Shown here piece by piece: positions 25,010 through 38,103 of a stretch of DNA of 64,000 nt. Origin of the DNA: Ostrea edulis (taxonomy: Eukaryota). Numbering within the stretch: position 1 is the stretch's first letter; every line of letters starts with the position of its first letter. Position numbers and translations under genes: made by a program. A model generated the notes under the pieces. It was not told where the DNA came from. It saw only the letters and a program-made list of their open reading frames with translations, and did no database searches. The stretch is taken from assembly GCF_947568905.1 (NCBI RefSeq), contig NC_079172.1:55366001-55430000 (forward strand), given 5' to 3'.

Positions 25010-28000
25010 GTATGATGATAGATAGAGATTGTGGAAAGTAGTGTGATAGATAAAAGGTGTGCAAAGTAGTGAGATAGATAGAGACTGTGAGAAGTAGTAT
25101 GATAGATAGTGACTGTGAGAAGTAGTGTGATAGATAGAGATTGTGAGAAGTAGGGTGATAGATAGTGACTGTGAGAAGTAGTGAGATAGATAGTGTCTGT
25201 GAGAAGTAGTGAGATAGATAGTGACTGTGGGAAGTAGTGAGAGAGATAGTGACTGTGAGAAGTAGTGTGATAGATAGAGATTGTGAGAAGTAGGGTGATA
25301 GATAGAGATTGTGAGAAGTAGTGTGATAGATAGTGACTGTGAGAAGGAGTGAGATAGATAGTGACTGTGAGAAGTAGTGTGATAGATAGTGACTGTGAGA
25401 AGTAGTGTGATAGATAGAGATTGTGAGAAGTAGTATTATAGATAGTGACTGTGAGAAGTAATGTGATAGATAGTGACTGTGAGAAGTAGTGTGACAGTGA
25501 CTGTGAGAAGTAGTGTGATAGATAGTGACTGTGAGAAGTAGTGTGATAGATAGTGACTGTGAGAAGTAGTGTGATAGATAGTGATTGTGAGAAGTAGTGA
25601 GATAGATAGAGATTGTGAGAAGGAGTGTGATAGATAGTGACTGTGAGAAGTAGTGTGATAGATAGTGACTATGAGAAGTAGTGTGATAGTGACTGTGAGA
25701 AGTAGTGTGATAGATAGTGACTGTGAGAAGTAGTATGATTGATAGAGATTGTGAGAAGGAGTGTGATAGATAGTGACTGTGAGAAGTAGTGTGATAGATA
25801 GTGACTATGAGAAGTAGGGTGATAGATAGTGACTGTGAGAAGTAGTGAGATAGATAGTGTCTGTGAGAAGTAGTATGATAGATAGAGATTGTGAGAAGGA
25901 GTGTGATAGATAGTGACTGTGAGAAGTAGTGTGATAGATAGTGACTGTGAGAAGTAGTATGATAGATAGTGACTGTGAGAAGTAGTGTGATAGATAGTGA
26001 CTGTGAGAAGTAGTGTGATAGATAGTGACTGTGAGAAGGAGTGTGATAGATAGAGATTGTGAGAAGTAGTGAGATAGATAGTGACTGTGAGAAGTAGTGT
26101 GATAGATAGAGATTGTGAGAAGTAGTGTGATAGATAGAGATTGTGAGAAGTAGTATGATAGATAGTGACTGTGAGAAGTAGTGTGATAGTGACTGTGAGA
26201 AGTAGTGTGATAGATAGAGATTGTGAGAAGTAGTGAGATAGATAGTGACTGTGAGAAGTAGTGTGATAGATAGTAACTGTGAGAAGTAGTGTGATAATGA
26301 CTGTGAGAAGTAGTGTGATAGATAGTGACTGTGAGAAGGAGTGTGACAGTGACTATGAGAAGTAGGGTGATAGATAGTGACTGTGAGAAGTAGTGAGATA
26401 GATAGTGACTGTGAGAAGTAGTGTGATAGATAGTGACTGTGAGAAGTAGTGTGATAGATAGTGACTGTGAGAAGTAGTGTGATAGATAGAGATTGTGAGA
26501 AGTAGTGAGATAGATAGTGACTGTGAGAAGTAGTGTGACAGTGACTGTGAGAAGTAGTGAGATAGATAGTGACTGTGAGAAGTAGTGTGATAGATAGTGA
26601 CTGTGAGAAGTAGTGTGATAGATAGTGTCTGTGAGAAGTAGTGAGATAGTGACTGTGAGAAGTAGTGTGACAGTGACTGTGAGAAGTAGTGAGATAGATA
26701 GTGACTGTGAGAAGTAGTGTAATAGATAGAGACTGTGAGAAGTAATATGGTAGATAGTGACTGCAAGAAGTAGTGTGATACATGTATATAGTGACTGTGA
26801 GAAGTAGTGTGACAGTGACTGTGAGAAGTAGTGTGATAGATAGTGACTGTGAGAAGTAGTGAGATAGATAGTGACTGTGAGAAGTAGTGAGATAGATAGT
26901 GACTGTGAGAAGTAGTGTGATAGTGACTGTGAGAAGTAGTGTGATAGATAGTGACTGTGAGAAGTAGTGAGATAGATAGTGACTGTGAGAAGTAGTGTAA
27001 TAGATAGAGACTGTGAGAAGTAATATGGTAGATAGTGACTGCAAGAAGTAGTGTGATACATGTATATAGTGACTGTGAGAAGTAGTGTGACAGTGACTGT
27101 GAGAAGTAGTGTGATAGATAGTGACTGTGAGAAGTAGTGAGATAGATAGTGACTGTGAGAAGTAGTGAGATAGATAGTGACTGTGAGAAGTAGTGTGACA
27201 GTGACTGTGAGAAGTAGTGAGATAGATAGTGACTGTGAGAAGTAGTGTGATAGATAGTGACTGTGAGAAGTAGTGTGATAGATAGTGACTGTGAGAAGTA
27301 GTGAGATAGATAGTGACTGTGAGAAGTAGTGTGATAGATAGTGACTGTGAGAAGTAGTGTGATAGATAGTGACTGTGAGAAGTAGTGTGATAGATAGAGA
27401 TTGTGAGAAGTAGTGAGATAGATAGTGACTGTGAGAAGTAGTGTGACAGTGACTGTGAGAAGTAGTGAGATAGATAGTGACTGTGAGAAGTAGTGTGATA
27501 GATAGTGACTGTGAGAAGTAGTGTGATAGATAGTGTCTGTGAGAAGTAGTGAGATAGTGACTGTGAGAAGTAGTGTGACAGTGACTGTGAGAAGTAGTGA
27601 GATAGATAGTGACTGTGAGAAGTAGTGTGATAGATAGAGATTGTGAGAAGTAGTGAGATAGATAGTGACTGCAAGAAGTAGTGTGATACATGTATATAGT
27701 GACTGTGAGAAGTAGTGTGACAGTGACTGTGAGAAGTAGTGTGATAGATAGTGACTGTGAGAAGTAGTGAGATAGATAGTGACTGTGAGAAGTAGTGAGA
27801 TAGATAGTGACTGTGAGAAGTAGTGTGATAGTGACTGTGAGAAGTAGTGTGATAGATAGTGACTGTGAGAAGTAGTGAGATAGATAGTGACTGTGAGAAG
27901 TAGTGTAATAGATAGAGACTGTGAGAAGTAATATGGTAGATAGTGACTGTGAGAAGTAGTGTGATAGTGACTGTGAGAAGTAGTGTGATAGTGACTGTGA

Positions 28001-29470
28001 GAAGTAGTGTGATAGATAGTGATGGTGAGAAGTAGTGTGATAGTGACTGTGAGAAGTAGTGTGATGGATAGAGATTGTGAGAAGTAGTGTGATAGTGACT
28101 GCGAGAAGTAATGTGATAGATAGTGACTGTGAGAAGTAGTGTGATAGATAGTGACTGTGAGAAGTAGTGTGATAGTAACTGTGAGAAGGAGTGTGACAGT
28201 GACTATGAGAAGTAGTGAGATAGATAGAGATTGTGAGAAGTAGTGAGATAGATAGATACTGTGAGAAGTAGTGTGATAGTGACTGTGATAAGTAGTGTGA
28301 TAGATAGATACTGTGAGAAGTAGTGTGATAGTTACTGTGAGAAGGAGTGTGACAGTGACTGTGAGAAGTAGTGAGATAGATAGAGATTGTGAGAAGTAGT
28401 GAGATAGATAGATACTGTGAGAAGTAGTGTGATAGTGACTGTGATAAGTAGTGTGATAGATAGTGACTGTGAGAAGTAGTGTGATAGTTACTGTGAGAAG
28501 GAGTGTGACAGTGACTGTGAGAAGTAGTGAGATAGATAGATACTGTGAGAAGTAGTGTGATAGTGACTGTGATAAGTAGTGTGATAGATAGATACTGTGA
28601 GAAGTAGTGTGATAGTGACTGTGAGAAGTAGTGTGACTGTGAGAAGTAGTGTGATAGTGACTGTGAGAAGTAGTGTGATAGATAGAGATTGTGAGAAGTA
28701 GTGTGATAGTGACTGTGAGAAGTAGTGTGATAGATAGTGACTGTGAGAAGTAGTGTGACAGTCACTGTGAGAAGTAGTGTGATAGTGACTGTGAGAAGTA
28801 GTGAGATAGATAGTGACTGTGAGAAGTAGTGTGATAGATAGTGACTGTGAGAAGTAGTGTGATAGATAGTGACTGCGAGAAGTAGTGTGATAGATAGTGA
28901 CCGTGAGAAGTAGTGTGATAGATAGTGACTGTGAGAAGTAGTGTGATAGTAACTGTGAGAAGGAGTGTGACAGTGACTATGAGAAGTAGTGAGATAGATA
29001 GAGATTGTGAGAAGTAGTGAGATAGATAGATACTGTGAGAAGTAGTGTGATAGTGACTGTGAGAAGTAGTGTGATAGTGACTGTGAGAAGTAGTGTGATA
29101 GTGACTGTGAGAAGTAGTGTGACTGTGAGAATTAGTGTGATAGATACTGTGAGAAGTAGTGTGATAGTGACTGTGAGAAGTAGTGTGATAGATAGAGAGT
29201 GTGAGAAGTAGTGTGATATTGACTGTGAGAAGTAGTGTGATAGTGACTGTGAGAAGTAGTGTGACTGTGAGAAGTAGTGTGATAGATACTGTGAGAAGTA
29301 GTGTGATAGATAGTGACTGTGAGAAGTAGTGTGATAGATAGTGTCTGTGAGAAGTAGTGTGACAGTGACTGTGAGAAGTAATGTGACAGTGACTGTGAGA
29401 AGTAGTGAGATAGATATAGATTTTGAGAAGTAGTGTGATAGATAGAATCTGTGAGAAGAAGTGAGATACT
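25010..29470. repeat. 4.5-kb GATA-containing minisatellite with 24/28-bp units (gtgactgtgagaagtagtgt(gata)1-2)
   Basis: Roughly 160 copies by length; unit length varies with GATA copy number. Confidence 0.97.
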
Positions 29471-29695
29471 AGTAAATAGAGACTGTGGGAATAGGACAAA
29501 TGATTCAAACTTTAGGAAGTAGGACAAAGAACAGATACTGTGGAAAGAAGGGTATAAATATACTTTGAGAAATTGGGCAAAGGTTAGAAACTTTGAGAAG
29601 TTTGATAAGGGATAAAGACTGTTAGACGTGGGGCTCTGGATAGGGACTGTAAGAAGTAGGACGATAAATAGAGACTTTGGGAACTAAGACAAAGG

Positions 29696-29880
29696 CAGGG
29701 GATACAGACTGAGAAGTAGAGCAAGGGTTCGTGACAGGGAAATAAGGCAGGGGATACAGACTGAGAAGTAGAGCAAGGGTTCGTGACAGGGAAATAAGGC
29801 AGGGGATACAGACTGAGAAGTAGAGCAAGGGTTCGTGACAGGGAAATAAGGCAGGGGATAGAGGTTGGGAAGTAGACACA
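29696..29880. repeat. 52-bp tandem repeat, about 3.5 copies
   Basis: gcaggggatacagactgagaagtagagcaagggttcgtgacagggaaataag at 29696, 29748 and 29800. Confidence 0.9.
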
Positions 29881-29914
29881 GGGTGGAGAAATGTGGAGAG
29901 TAAAACAAGGGGTG

Positions 29915-30490
29915 GATATTGTGGGAAATAGGACAAGTGGTGAATACTGTGGGAAATAGGACAAGTGGTGAATACTGTGGGAAATAGAGCAAATGGTGAA
30001 TACTGTGGGAAATAGGACAAGTGGTGAATACTGTGGGAAATAGAGCAAATGGTGAATACTGTGGGAAATAGGGTAAGTGGTGAATACTGTGGGAAATAGG
30101 ACAAGTGGTGAATACTGTGGGAAATAGGGCAAGTGGTGTATACTGTGGGAAATAGGGCAAGTGGTGTATACTGTGGGAAATAGGACAAGTGGTGAATAAT
30201 GTGGGGAAATAGGGCAAGTGGTGAATACTGTGGGAAATAGGGCAAGTGGTGAATACTGTGGGAAATAGGGCAAGTGATGAATAATGTGGGAAATAGGGCA
30301 AGTGGTGAATACTGTGGGAAATAGGGCAAGTGGTGAATACTGTGGGAAATAGGGCAAGTGGTGTATACTGTGGGAAATAGAGCAAGTGGTGAATACTGTG
30401 GGAAATAGAGCAAGTGGTGAATACTGTGGGAAATAAGTGCTGAATACTGTGGGAAATAGGGCAAGGGATGTATTCTATTGGAAATAGGGC
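29915..30490. repeat. 28-bp minisatellite ctgtgggaaatagggcaagtggtgaata
   Basis: About 20 copies. Confidence 0.95.
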
Positions 30491-32136
30491 AGAGATTGGG
30501 TACTGTGGAAAGTTGGGCAGTGGATACTACATGTAACTGTGATGCTATGAGAAGTATAGGAGGATTCTAAAGCATCCTATGATTGATATGAGATGTACAG
30601 GCGAGGGAAAGTCGTGAAAGTGCTATGGGAAGAAACAAAGATTATGTCAGAGAAGAAGGGGGAAGGGAGAACGTGTTAAATACTAGGGAAATCTGAAAAG
30701 TTTGCATAATTAATCTTTAACATTGAAAATTGTGTTCACGATTTCTCCTGATCAATGCGCGGTAAATTTCGGAACAGTATTTTGAAGTTGCTGAATATTC
30801 TCTTAAGGGTTCAAATACATGTATATACAAATGTATTCAAACTAAGAGGATCTGGCAATGGATTGAAAAGTGGCATGCCGTCATTTTTTCTTGTATGATC
30901 ACAAAAATTAAGATGTCTATGCTGAGACTAAAAGGTATATTTGTGAAAAGGACCACGGATCCCTAAATGAGAAATATTACGTAACACGATATTATCATCT
31001 ATTTCTTTAAACGTGCCACAAACAAATTGAAGTGTGCAGGAAATAAATTTGACATAAAATTATTGAAGGCTTGGGGAACTTTTCCTTGCTATGAAGAATA
31101 AGACACTGTCCCCTATAATCAGGTATCTAAAGAGGCTGAATTCCCCATCTTATTCAAATTATGGATAAGTAACGAACAGATAGTTTTAATTCACTCCATA
31201 ACATGTAGATACAATTAACCCACCGAATAAAAAACGTACGGCATCCCTTCTATTATAAGTGAAATTCTAGTAATTTCACCCTCCTGTGATGTCATAAGAT
31301 TTTGCAAAATCAATGATTTATTTAGATTTATGCATGATTGGAACATAAATTTTATTGGAGACTTTTCCGATAGTTATTGTAAAAAATCTTGTTAAACATG
31401 AAATATTTCAAAGGTCTAATTTATATATGAATAATCAATGTTTTGTTTCAAAATATTGAATCCAGGGGAAATAACTCTGTTTTCTGTAATTTCTTTATCA
31501 TGTCCATTATGCGAAAGATTTTCTTTATTTTTCACAGACATTTTGTACATTTTTTGTAAAGAACCAGTTTCATGTAACTGTTAACTATATACCGTTATAT
31601 CGTTATGACCAGTTTTTGTGATTTTTTTATTATGCTATTTAAGGAAAATTGCAATTTTTTGACGTTGATATATGGTTCTGATTAAATAAAGTGATGGCCT
31701 ACATTTTTTATTTGATAATTTAGGAGTTTTAACTCCAATAAATGGAAATAAAATACGTTTTCCATACTTTATCAGATGATACATGTAAAGCGAGTATGGA
31801 GTTACCTTAAATGTTATCAGACCCGAATTGAAAGAAATTTCAAATTTGTTAGGAAAAAATCTTAAAGTGGTTGAGGTTTCTCCTGCCCTTCTTATTCACG
31901 GGGCCGCTATCTTTTCACGTCGTAGGAACCGCACCTATAGACTTATGTCGAGGAACAATAGTAGTAGTATATATAGACTAATTTTGTCTTTGTTATCTGT
32001 AGCTGAATAAAGAAATATCATGTATCAATTTCTGTAAGTGTGACAATGATATGTTCCAGGGATGGGTTATAAGCACATGGCGATGTTTACGCTTGGCAGA
32101 TATAAATATCAGTCGGGCAACTTATGATCAAACCGA

Positions 32137-32200
32137 CCAATCAGAGTAGAGCATTGATGACCTGACCTTGGTTACTAATACATAAGCTAATATAACCGGC
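32137..32200 (+). promoter_or_regulatory. Putative proximal promoter of the Spot14-family gene (CCAAT box, nuclear-receptor half-sites, TATA-like element)
   Basis: CCAAT at 32137-32141, TGACCTGACCTTGG at 32158-32171, and AATATAA near 32188, about 220-275 bp upstream of the ATG. Confidence 0.4.
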
Positions 32201-32411
32201 GATGCGTTCGGTCAATGTGTGAATGTTGAAATAGTCGCTTGAGGATGTACTTACTGCATTTAACTTAACATTCTAAAACAACAGGATTTTCATTGTGCAT
32301 GTGTTTAGCAGGAAAGAAGGCCAACTGAGCGTGCAATTTTACATTTAGGAAGTAGTGTATTAGTTCACGCCCAGACGATTACCAAGTGATAAGGTGCTAC
32401 TTTACAACAAT

Positions 32412-32915
32412 ATGATGTCCGAAAGTCAAACAAAGAACAGTTCTGGCGATCAGAAACAAAATCAGTCTCTGCTGACGGTTCTTAACAAATTTGTCCAAGC
32501 AGTGAATATCATGGACGAAACGGTGATGATTCCTAGCCGGTTGAAAGACATGGAAATTGGATGTATGACAGAAAATCCAGAGATCTTGGAGGAAAATAAT
32601 AATATGGCACTCATAAATACCATGAGGCCAGAAACAGACTTGTACAGTTTCTTCAAGTTATTGAATACCATTAAAAAGGAAATTATCAGTGGAAATTCTG
32701 GAGAAGAGGAAAAAAGTGTGACGTCATCGGATTCCGAAGATGATACTGCAAATGATTCTTCTAAGAAGACCGCGGATCTGTTCCGTCATCATTTACAGGG
32801 ACTGTTCACCGTCATGAATCAGCTGACGGACACGGCAAAAGTGCTGACGGACAAATATGAGTCCGAATTTCTAGGGGATGGTCCCAGTAGATCTATAACA
32901 TCTTTTGCAATTTGA
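32412..32915 (+). CDS. MID1IP1: Spot14-family protein (MID1IP1/THRSP-like), intronless, 167 aa
   Basis: ATG at 32412 with A at -3. Family motifs SLLTVLNKFVQAVNIMDETVMIPSRLKD, DLYSFFKLLNTIKKEI and FRHHLQGLFTVMNQLTDTAKVLTDKYE match recalled MID1IP1 blocks ([54 protein letters not shown]). Confidence 0.92.
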   Translation: MMSESQTKNSSGDQKQNQSLLTVLNKFVQAVNIMDETVMIPSRLKDMEIGCMTENPEILEENNNMALINTMRPETDLYSFFKLLNTIKKEIISGNSGEEEKSVTSSDSEDDTANDSSKKTADLFRHHLQGLFTVMNQLTDTAKVLTDKYESEFLGDGPSRSITSFAI

Positions 32916-33203
32916 TGAAGTACATTGTTGACCGTTGGGTCATTGATATGCAATGAGTGTGACTCTGCTCAAATTCTATTGGTGCACGACTTGTGTTCAT
33001 TGTACGATGGGATGGGTCTTTGTGGTTATATTTTTAGGATTGCATCACTCGTCCAAGTACCGTGAAGTGTGAAGAAAACAACCTAAATTTATGTGCATAT
33101 ATTTTCTTATTTATTTCATTATCTCATCATATACCTTTGCAAACATGATAATTTTGCAAAATACACATGTGTTTTCGACCTTTCGTTAATTTACTTTTAA
33201 GTG

Positions 33204-33209
33204 AATAAA
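33204..33209 (+). terminator. Candidate polyadenylation signal of the Spot14-family gene
   Basis: AATAAA about 290 nt after the stop, followed by T-rich sequence. Confidence 0.45.
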
Positions 33210-33987
33210 CTATAAATTAGTAAATGTACATAGTTTTTCATTTTTCAAATGATCACGGGTATTTGGATTTGGGTTCCATGGCAATATCTAAATATTATGA
33301 TTTTTATTGATTGGGAACGTGAAAATTAAAGGTCTCGTGTCGGCTTCAATGCACAGGCTTTTAAAAGAAATATGTATTTAAAAAAGTTGTTCCGTAACGA
33401 GCCGTTTGGCTTTTGATTTGAATGAGTCCTATATTGCTCATCAATTCACTTTTATTGACACGTATTAAATTTTCTTGAACAACCAACATAACAAGTAAGG
33501 TTGAACAGCAGTCGTTATGGTAATCGTTATATCATGGTGAGTTCTGCAGTGCGATGCATATTGTTTTCAAGAGGTCACTTAGGTTTGGTGGTAGTGTGCA
33601 ATCAACAAAATTTTGCCTGCGGAACTTGTACGATACTGGTGAATCTTATATGCATATCCTGGTTGTCAATACTGCGATGTAGCGAAGCTTGCATATCTTT
33701 ACCAGGTAAACCTTTCACCTGAGTCATTCAACTGTTAATCATGAAGTGTAGCATGTGGGCGTTAAGATACCCCCGCATTTATCTTTTTAGAAAAGAACGA
33801 AGGAGATTGTCTAGCAACTACAGATTTGATAAAGCATACCCAAACCGTCGTACATATGTAACGTTTTAACTCAATTGGACAAATAACATTATACCCCTCC
33901 CCCTCTCTCTCTCTTTCTTGTGTTGCAATCTCTTTATATCAGTTATACAAACAATATAGTCGATAATTCCAATTTTAATGAAATATT

Positions 33988-34210
33988 TTAGTATTAACTT
34001 ACAAGCTAAGGTTTTCCGTTTATTAGATGTTTCATGAACTGTTTAGTATTAACTTACAAGCTAAGGTTTTCCGTTTATTAGATGTTTCATGAACTGTTTA
34101 GTATTAACTTACAAACTAAGGTTTTCCGTTTATTAGATGTTTCATGAACTGTTGAATAATCTTGATCCGTTTATTAGATGTTTCATGAACTGTTGAATAA
34201 TCTTGATCCG
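33988..34210. repeat. 55-bp tandem repeat x3 followed by a 41-bp duplication
   Basis: ttagtattaacttac at 33988, 34043 and 34098. Confidence 0.85.
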
Positions 34211-34676
34211 CCTAACGAGAGAGAGAATTTTTAATTTTTCAAGTTTAACTTTCTCCTGCTTTTAGACCGATTAATTGAAAGACACAATCCAACTTTTCTC
34301 TGCAGTGCCTCCGCGCTTGTGCTAATGACTTTTGCAGATCATTTTCCTAAATTTTATTCTCTGTTACAATTGTAAAATTATGAAAGAATTTTTTTGTAAA
34401 GTGTTGTTTTTGTTTTGCAGAAATCGCCAATGACATTTGTCCTGGTTTATGACGTGTTTTGTCCAGGATAACTATAAAATGTAATTAGACTTTGGCAGTA
34501 TCTTAAAAGTAGGACTCTTTCTAAATTTAATCATATGAACATTGTATGCTTTGTAAACGAGTGCAGTAGACAACTCCCAGTATCATGTCATCCGAATCTC
34601 GCACCTTGCACAGTCATGAAAAAGATAAAATGGTAACCAATTAACTATAAACTGACTTGGTATTGGTTGGTATACC

Positions 34677-34680
34677 CCTC

Positions 34681-34728
<48 letters not shown>
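34677..34728. repeat. (CT)n microsatellite (another at about 2998-3033)
   Basis: Visible dinucleotide run. Confidence 0.95.
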
Positions 34729-34734
<6 letters not shown>

Positions 34735-35139
34735 CTCTCACATCAGTTGCTACCTGCAATCAATAATTCGTATTGATAGAGGTGTATGCGGATGTTTGCA
34801 TTTGCAAAACACATTCGAGCAACCGCATCGGTTTAAGGTTTCTAAAATTAACAGGATATTATATAGGAATTAATATTTCAATGACCTCACAATATGTATA
34901 ACATTATTGAGATATGCTAGCAAGCTTGCGAGATACTTGTATGTATAGAATCAAAGTACTGAAAAGCGCTTAGCTGCCTTCATAAATTCTGTCTGTAATG
35001 TTAATGAGGACAGAAACATGATATCTAAGTATGAAGCAACAGGAAAAAAAGTTCATGCATAATTCTTTATTTTCGCACAATTAAATACATTTTCTGTAAG
35101 GAAATAACAAATATGGATGGGAAACAATGTCCTGAAACT

Positions 35140-35945
35140 TTTCATGGACACCAATTGTGCTCCTTTGTTAGCTGACATGTTTTTATATTCCTGTGAAACA
35201 GAATTTATTCAAAACCTTCTACGTGAAAAGAAAAAATATCTTGCTGTGGCCTTCAATTTGACTTTGGATATATCGACGACGTATTATCTATTACATGTAA
35301 CAATAATCATCTTCATTCATATGTCGATTTGATATATCCAGTGAACTCGAAATAAGACACCACAGAGTCGTCCACTTCTACTTCATACTTAGATGTTTTA
35401 TTGAAAGTAGATATTAACGGCAAATTAACAACTCAACTTTCTGACAAACGGGATGATTTCAGCTTCTCCATCGTCAACTTCCTATATTTATGTAGCAATA
35501 TTCCATTATCACATGCATATCATGTTTATATATCTCAACTGATTCGATACGCAAGAATTTGTTCTGCGTATGGTCAGTTTTTAAATCGAGGCAAGCTACT
35601 GACAAACAAGTTGATGGTACAGGGGTTTCAACAGTCTCGTTTAAGGTCAGCATTTCGCAAATTCTATGGTCGTTATAACGATCTAGTTTGCCATTACAAC
35701 CTATCATGGGGTCAAATGCTGTCTGACGTGTTTCATACCGATTGTTAGGCCATTCTTGGCACACTGATTTTGACTACAGATAACTCCGTTTACCTGATCA
35801 AGATATAGGACTCACGGCGGTTGTCACCGGTCGACAGGGGATGCTTACTCCTCCTAGACACCTGATCCCACCTCTGGTATATCCAGGGGTCCATGTTTGC
35901 CCAACTCTCTATTTCGTATTGCTCATAGGAGTAATGAGATTGATC
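35140..35945 (+). mobile_element. Decayed Penelope-like retroelement: RT C-terminal half plus 3' tail
   Basis: Frameshifted M(G)TNCAPLLAD, YIDDVL-like, SYLD, DKRDDFSFSIVNF, YISQLIRYAR ... FYGRYNDL ... HTDC*. The tail is shared with 42110-42290 and 44060-44165. Confidence 0.85.
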
Positions 35946-36244
35946 ACTGTTTGTTATCTTCATGTTGAAATATAAACTTTATATGACGTTGCTAAACACA
36001 ATGGTCACTGTGATAATTTTGGTCCCACCCGGAACGAAATCCCTGTCCTTGGGTAATGAAATTTACAATTTTGGTAAAGGACACCTCCTCCTTTTAAATA
36101 TATATTTAATCAGAATTTAGTATCAATAGCATTAAAGACGATGTTATTGAAATGTTTTACATATAAACACTATATACCCAGTTTGGCCCCACCCTCGAGT
36201 TAGAACCTCTAACTATGGCAAGCCCTTTTACTATTTATTCGAAA

Positions 36245-36710
36245 AATAAGATATCTCTTTAATTAAAGAGATATCTCTTTAAAATGAGAGATATCTCTTA
36301 ATCTTAATCTCTTTATCTTTCTAAATGAAAGAGATATCTCTTAGTGAAAGAGATATCTCTTTTTTTTAGAGAGATATCTCTTTCACTTAGAGAGATATCT
36401 CTTTTACTTTTAGAGATATCTTTTACACTTAAAGAGATATTTCTTTCACTTTAAGAGATATCTCTTTCACTTAGAGAGATATCTCTTATACTTTAAAAGA
36501 TATCTCTTTCAATTTGAGAGATATCTCTTTCACTTAAAGAAATATCTCTTTTACTCTGAAATATATCTCTTTTACTTTGAGAGATATCTCCTTCACTTAA
36601 AGAGATATCTCTCTAAGATTCCTAGAGAGAGATCTCTCAAAGTATAAGATATATCTCTTTAATCGTTGAAAAAGAGATATCTCTCAAAGAGAATGAGATA
36701 TCTCTTTCCA
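36245..36710. repeat. Array of about 21 palindromic AGAGATATCTCT cores with 21-bp phasing
   Basis: GAGATAT cores start at 36350, 36371, 36392, 36413, 36434 and onward. Confidence 0.9.
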
Positions 36711-37789
36711 ATATTTTTATTAGTTTGAATACTTAAGGAATTATCCCTAAAACGGAAGCCCGCGAAAGCAAATCTTACCATGATTGGCTGGGGTGTTGCT
36801 AAAACGCGGAACGGAAAACGGAAAATATATTATGCAATAATGTTATGAAGAGTTCAGCATTTTGCAAAATCAAAAGACTTATTTTGAACAAGGAATGCAG
36901 AAATTACAGAGAGAACAGGAAGTCATCCTCAGAATTTACCATTTCATATTGATACCTCATACTAATGCATTATTACAGAGTGTATGTATTTTTACACGGT
37001 GTATTTTGTGGATGAATGTACAAACAGGCGCTTGCTTAATAATTTGCATAGTAATTTTTTTATTAAATAATGTACTTTTGTGTTCAAGTTTGATAGTATA
37101 TGAAATATTTTTAGAATACACCTAAAATCAAACAATTCAATAGACTCTAGTTTGATACATACATTTCTGTCAAACAAGAAAGAAAGGAAGAAAGAAATAA
37201 CCATCTTCCCTAGCCGTCCGATTCGCTGAGAGTAAGCGAAATACACATAGCTCCATATACCGAGTAATAAGTGCCAGTGATATTCACGTCAAAACACACC
37301 AACATAATAATGAAGGTCTATCAACACTTTACAGCCTTTTCATCACCTTACCAGAAATCCTTTAGATGTATACATAAACATGCATCTGTATGACGTGTAC
37401 TACAGAATCCAGAGTATAAATACCTGTATATAGCAACCAAAGCAGGGAATTATTTTTTGTAATCAATTAATACGTTGATTTCAATTCAAAATCGGGTTGG
37501 AAAGAATGCGAATCCAAATAAGCCATATAAATACATGTACAATTGAAAGCAAAATTTAGGAAGTTATTTAAAACAGACGTTCATTATACATGTGCAATGT
37601 TGATAACTTTGAAAATGAATGTTGCCTTATCAAAAAGAGTGGAAAGAACTCGTTTTTAACATGAAAGTTAGATAATCGAGAGTGAGTAAAGTGACCAAAA
37701 ATGATAATTATCGTATCAATTTTGAAATTCCCAATTCATTTTAGAAACGATGTTTGAGAAATCAAGTGTCGAATATATTCAGTGTCTCA

Positions 37790-38103
37790 AAGACGCATAC
37801 AGGGGGATTTAACGTTCTGTTATCATCCCCGAAGACGCATACAAAGGGATTTAACGTTTTGTTATCTGCCCCAAAGACGCGTACAGGGGGATTTAACGTT
37901 CTATTACCAGCCCCAAAGACGCGTACAGGGGGATTTAACGTTCTTGTATCAGCCCTAAAGACGCGTACAGGGGAATTTAACGTTCTTGTATCAGCCCTAA
38001 AGACGCGTACAGGGGGATTTAACGTTCTTGTATCAGCCCTAAAGACGCGTACAAGGGGATTTAACGTTCGTTATCAGCCCAAAAGACGCGTACAGGGGAT
38101 TTA
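37790..38103. repeat. 42-bp minisatellite, about 8 copies
   Basis: aagacgcgtacagggggatttaacgttcttgtatcagcccta. Confidence 0.92.

Noticed and set aside
24990-30464. 894-aa, 986-aa and smaller minus-strand ORFs (SHYFSQSLS and FPQYSPL repeats)
   Set aside because: Same artefact of stop-free 24/28-bp repeats, which are open in several frames at once.
35750-35945. HDV-like ribozyme or SECIS in the Penelope-like 3' tail
   Set aside because: I could not build the nested double pseudoknot or the SECIS core by eye. It is kept only as an unexplained conserved tail.
36245-36710. CRISPR-like palindromic repeat-spacer array
   Set aside because: The cores are only 12 bp, the spacers are 9 bp and mutually similar, there are no cas genes, and the context is eukaryotic.
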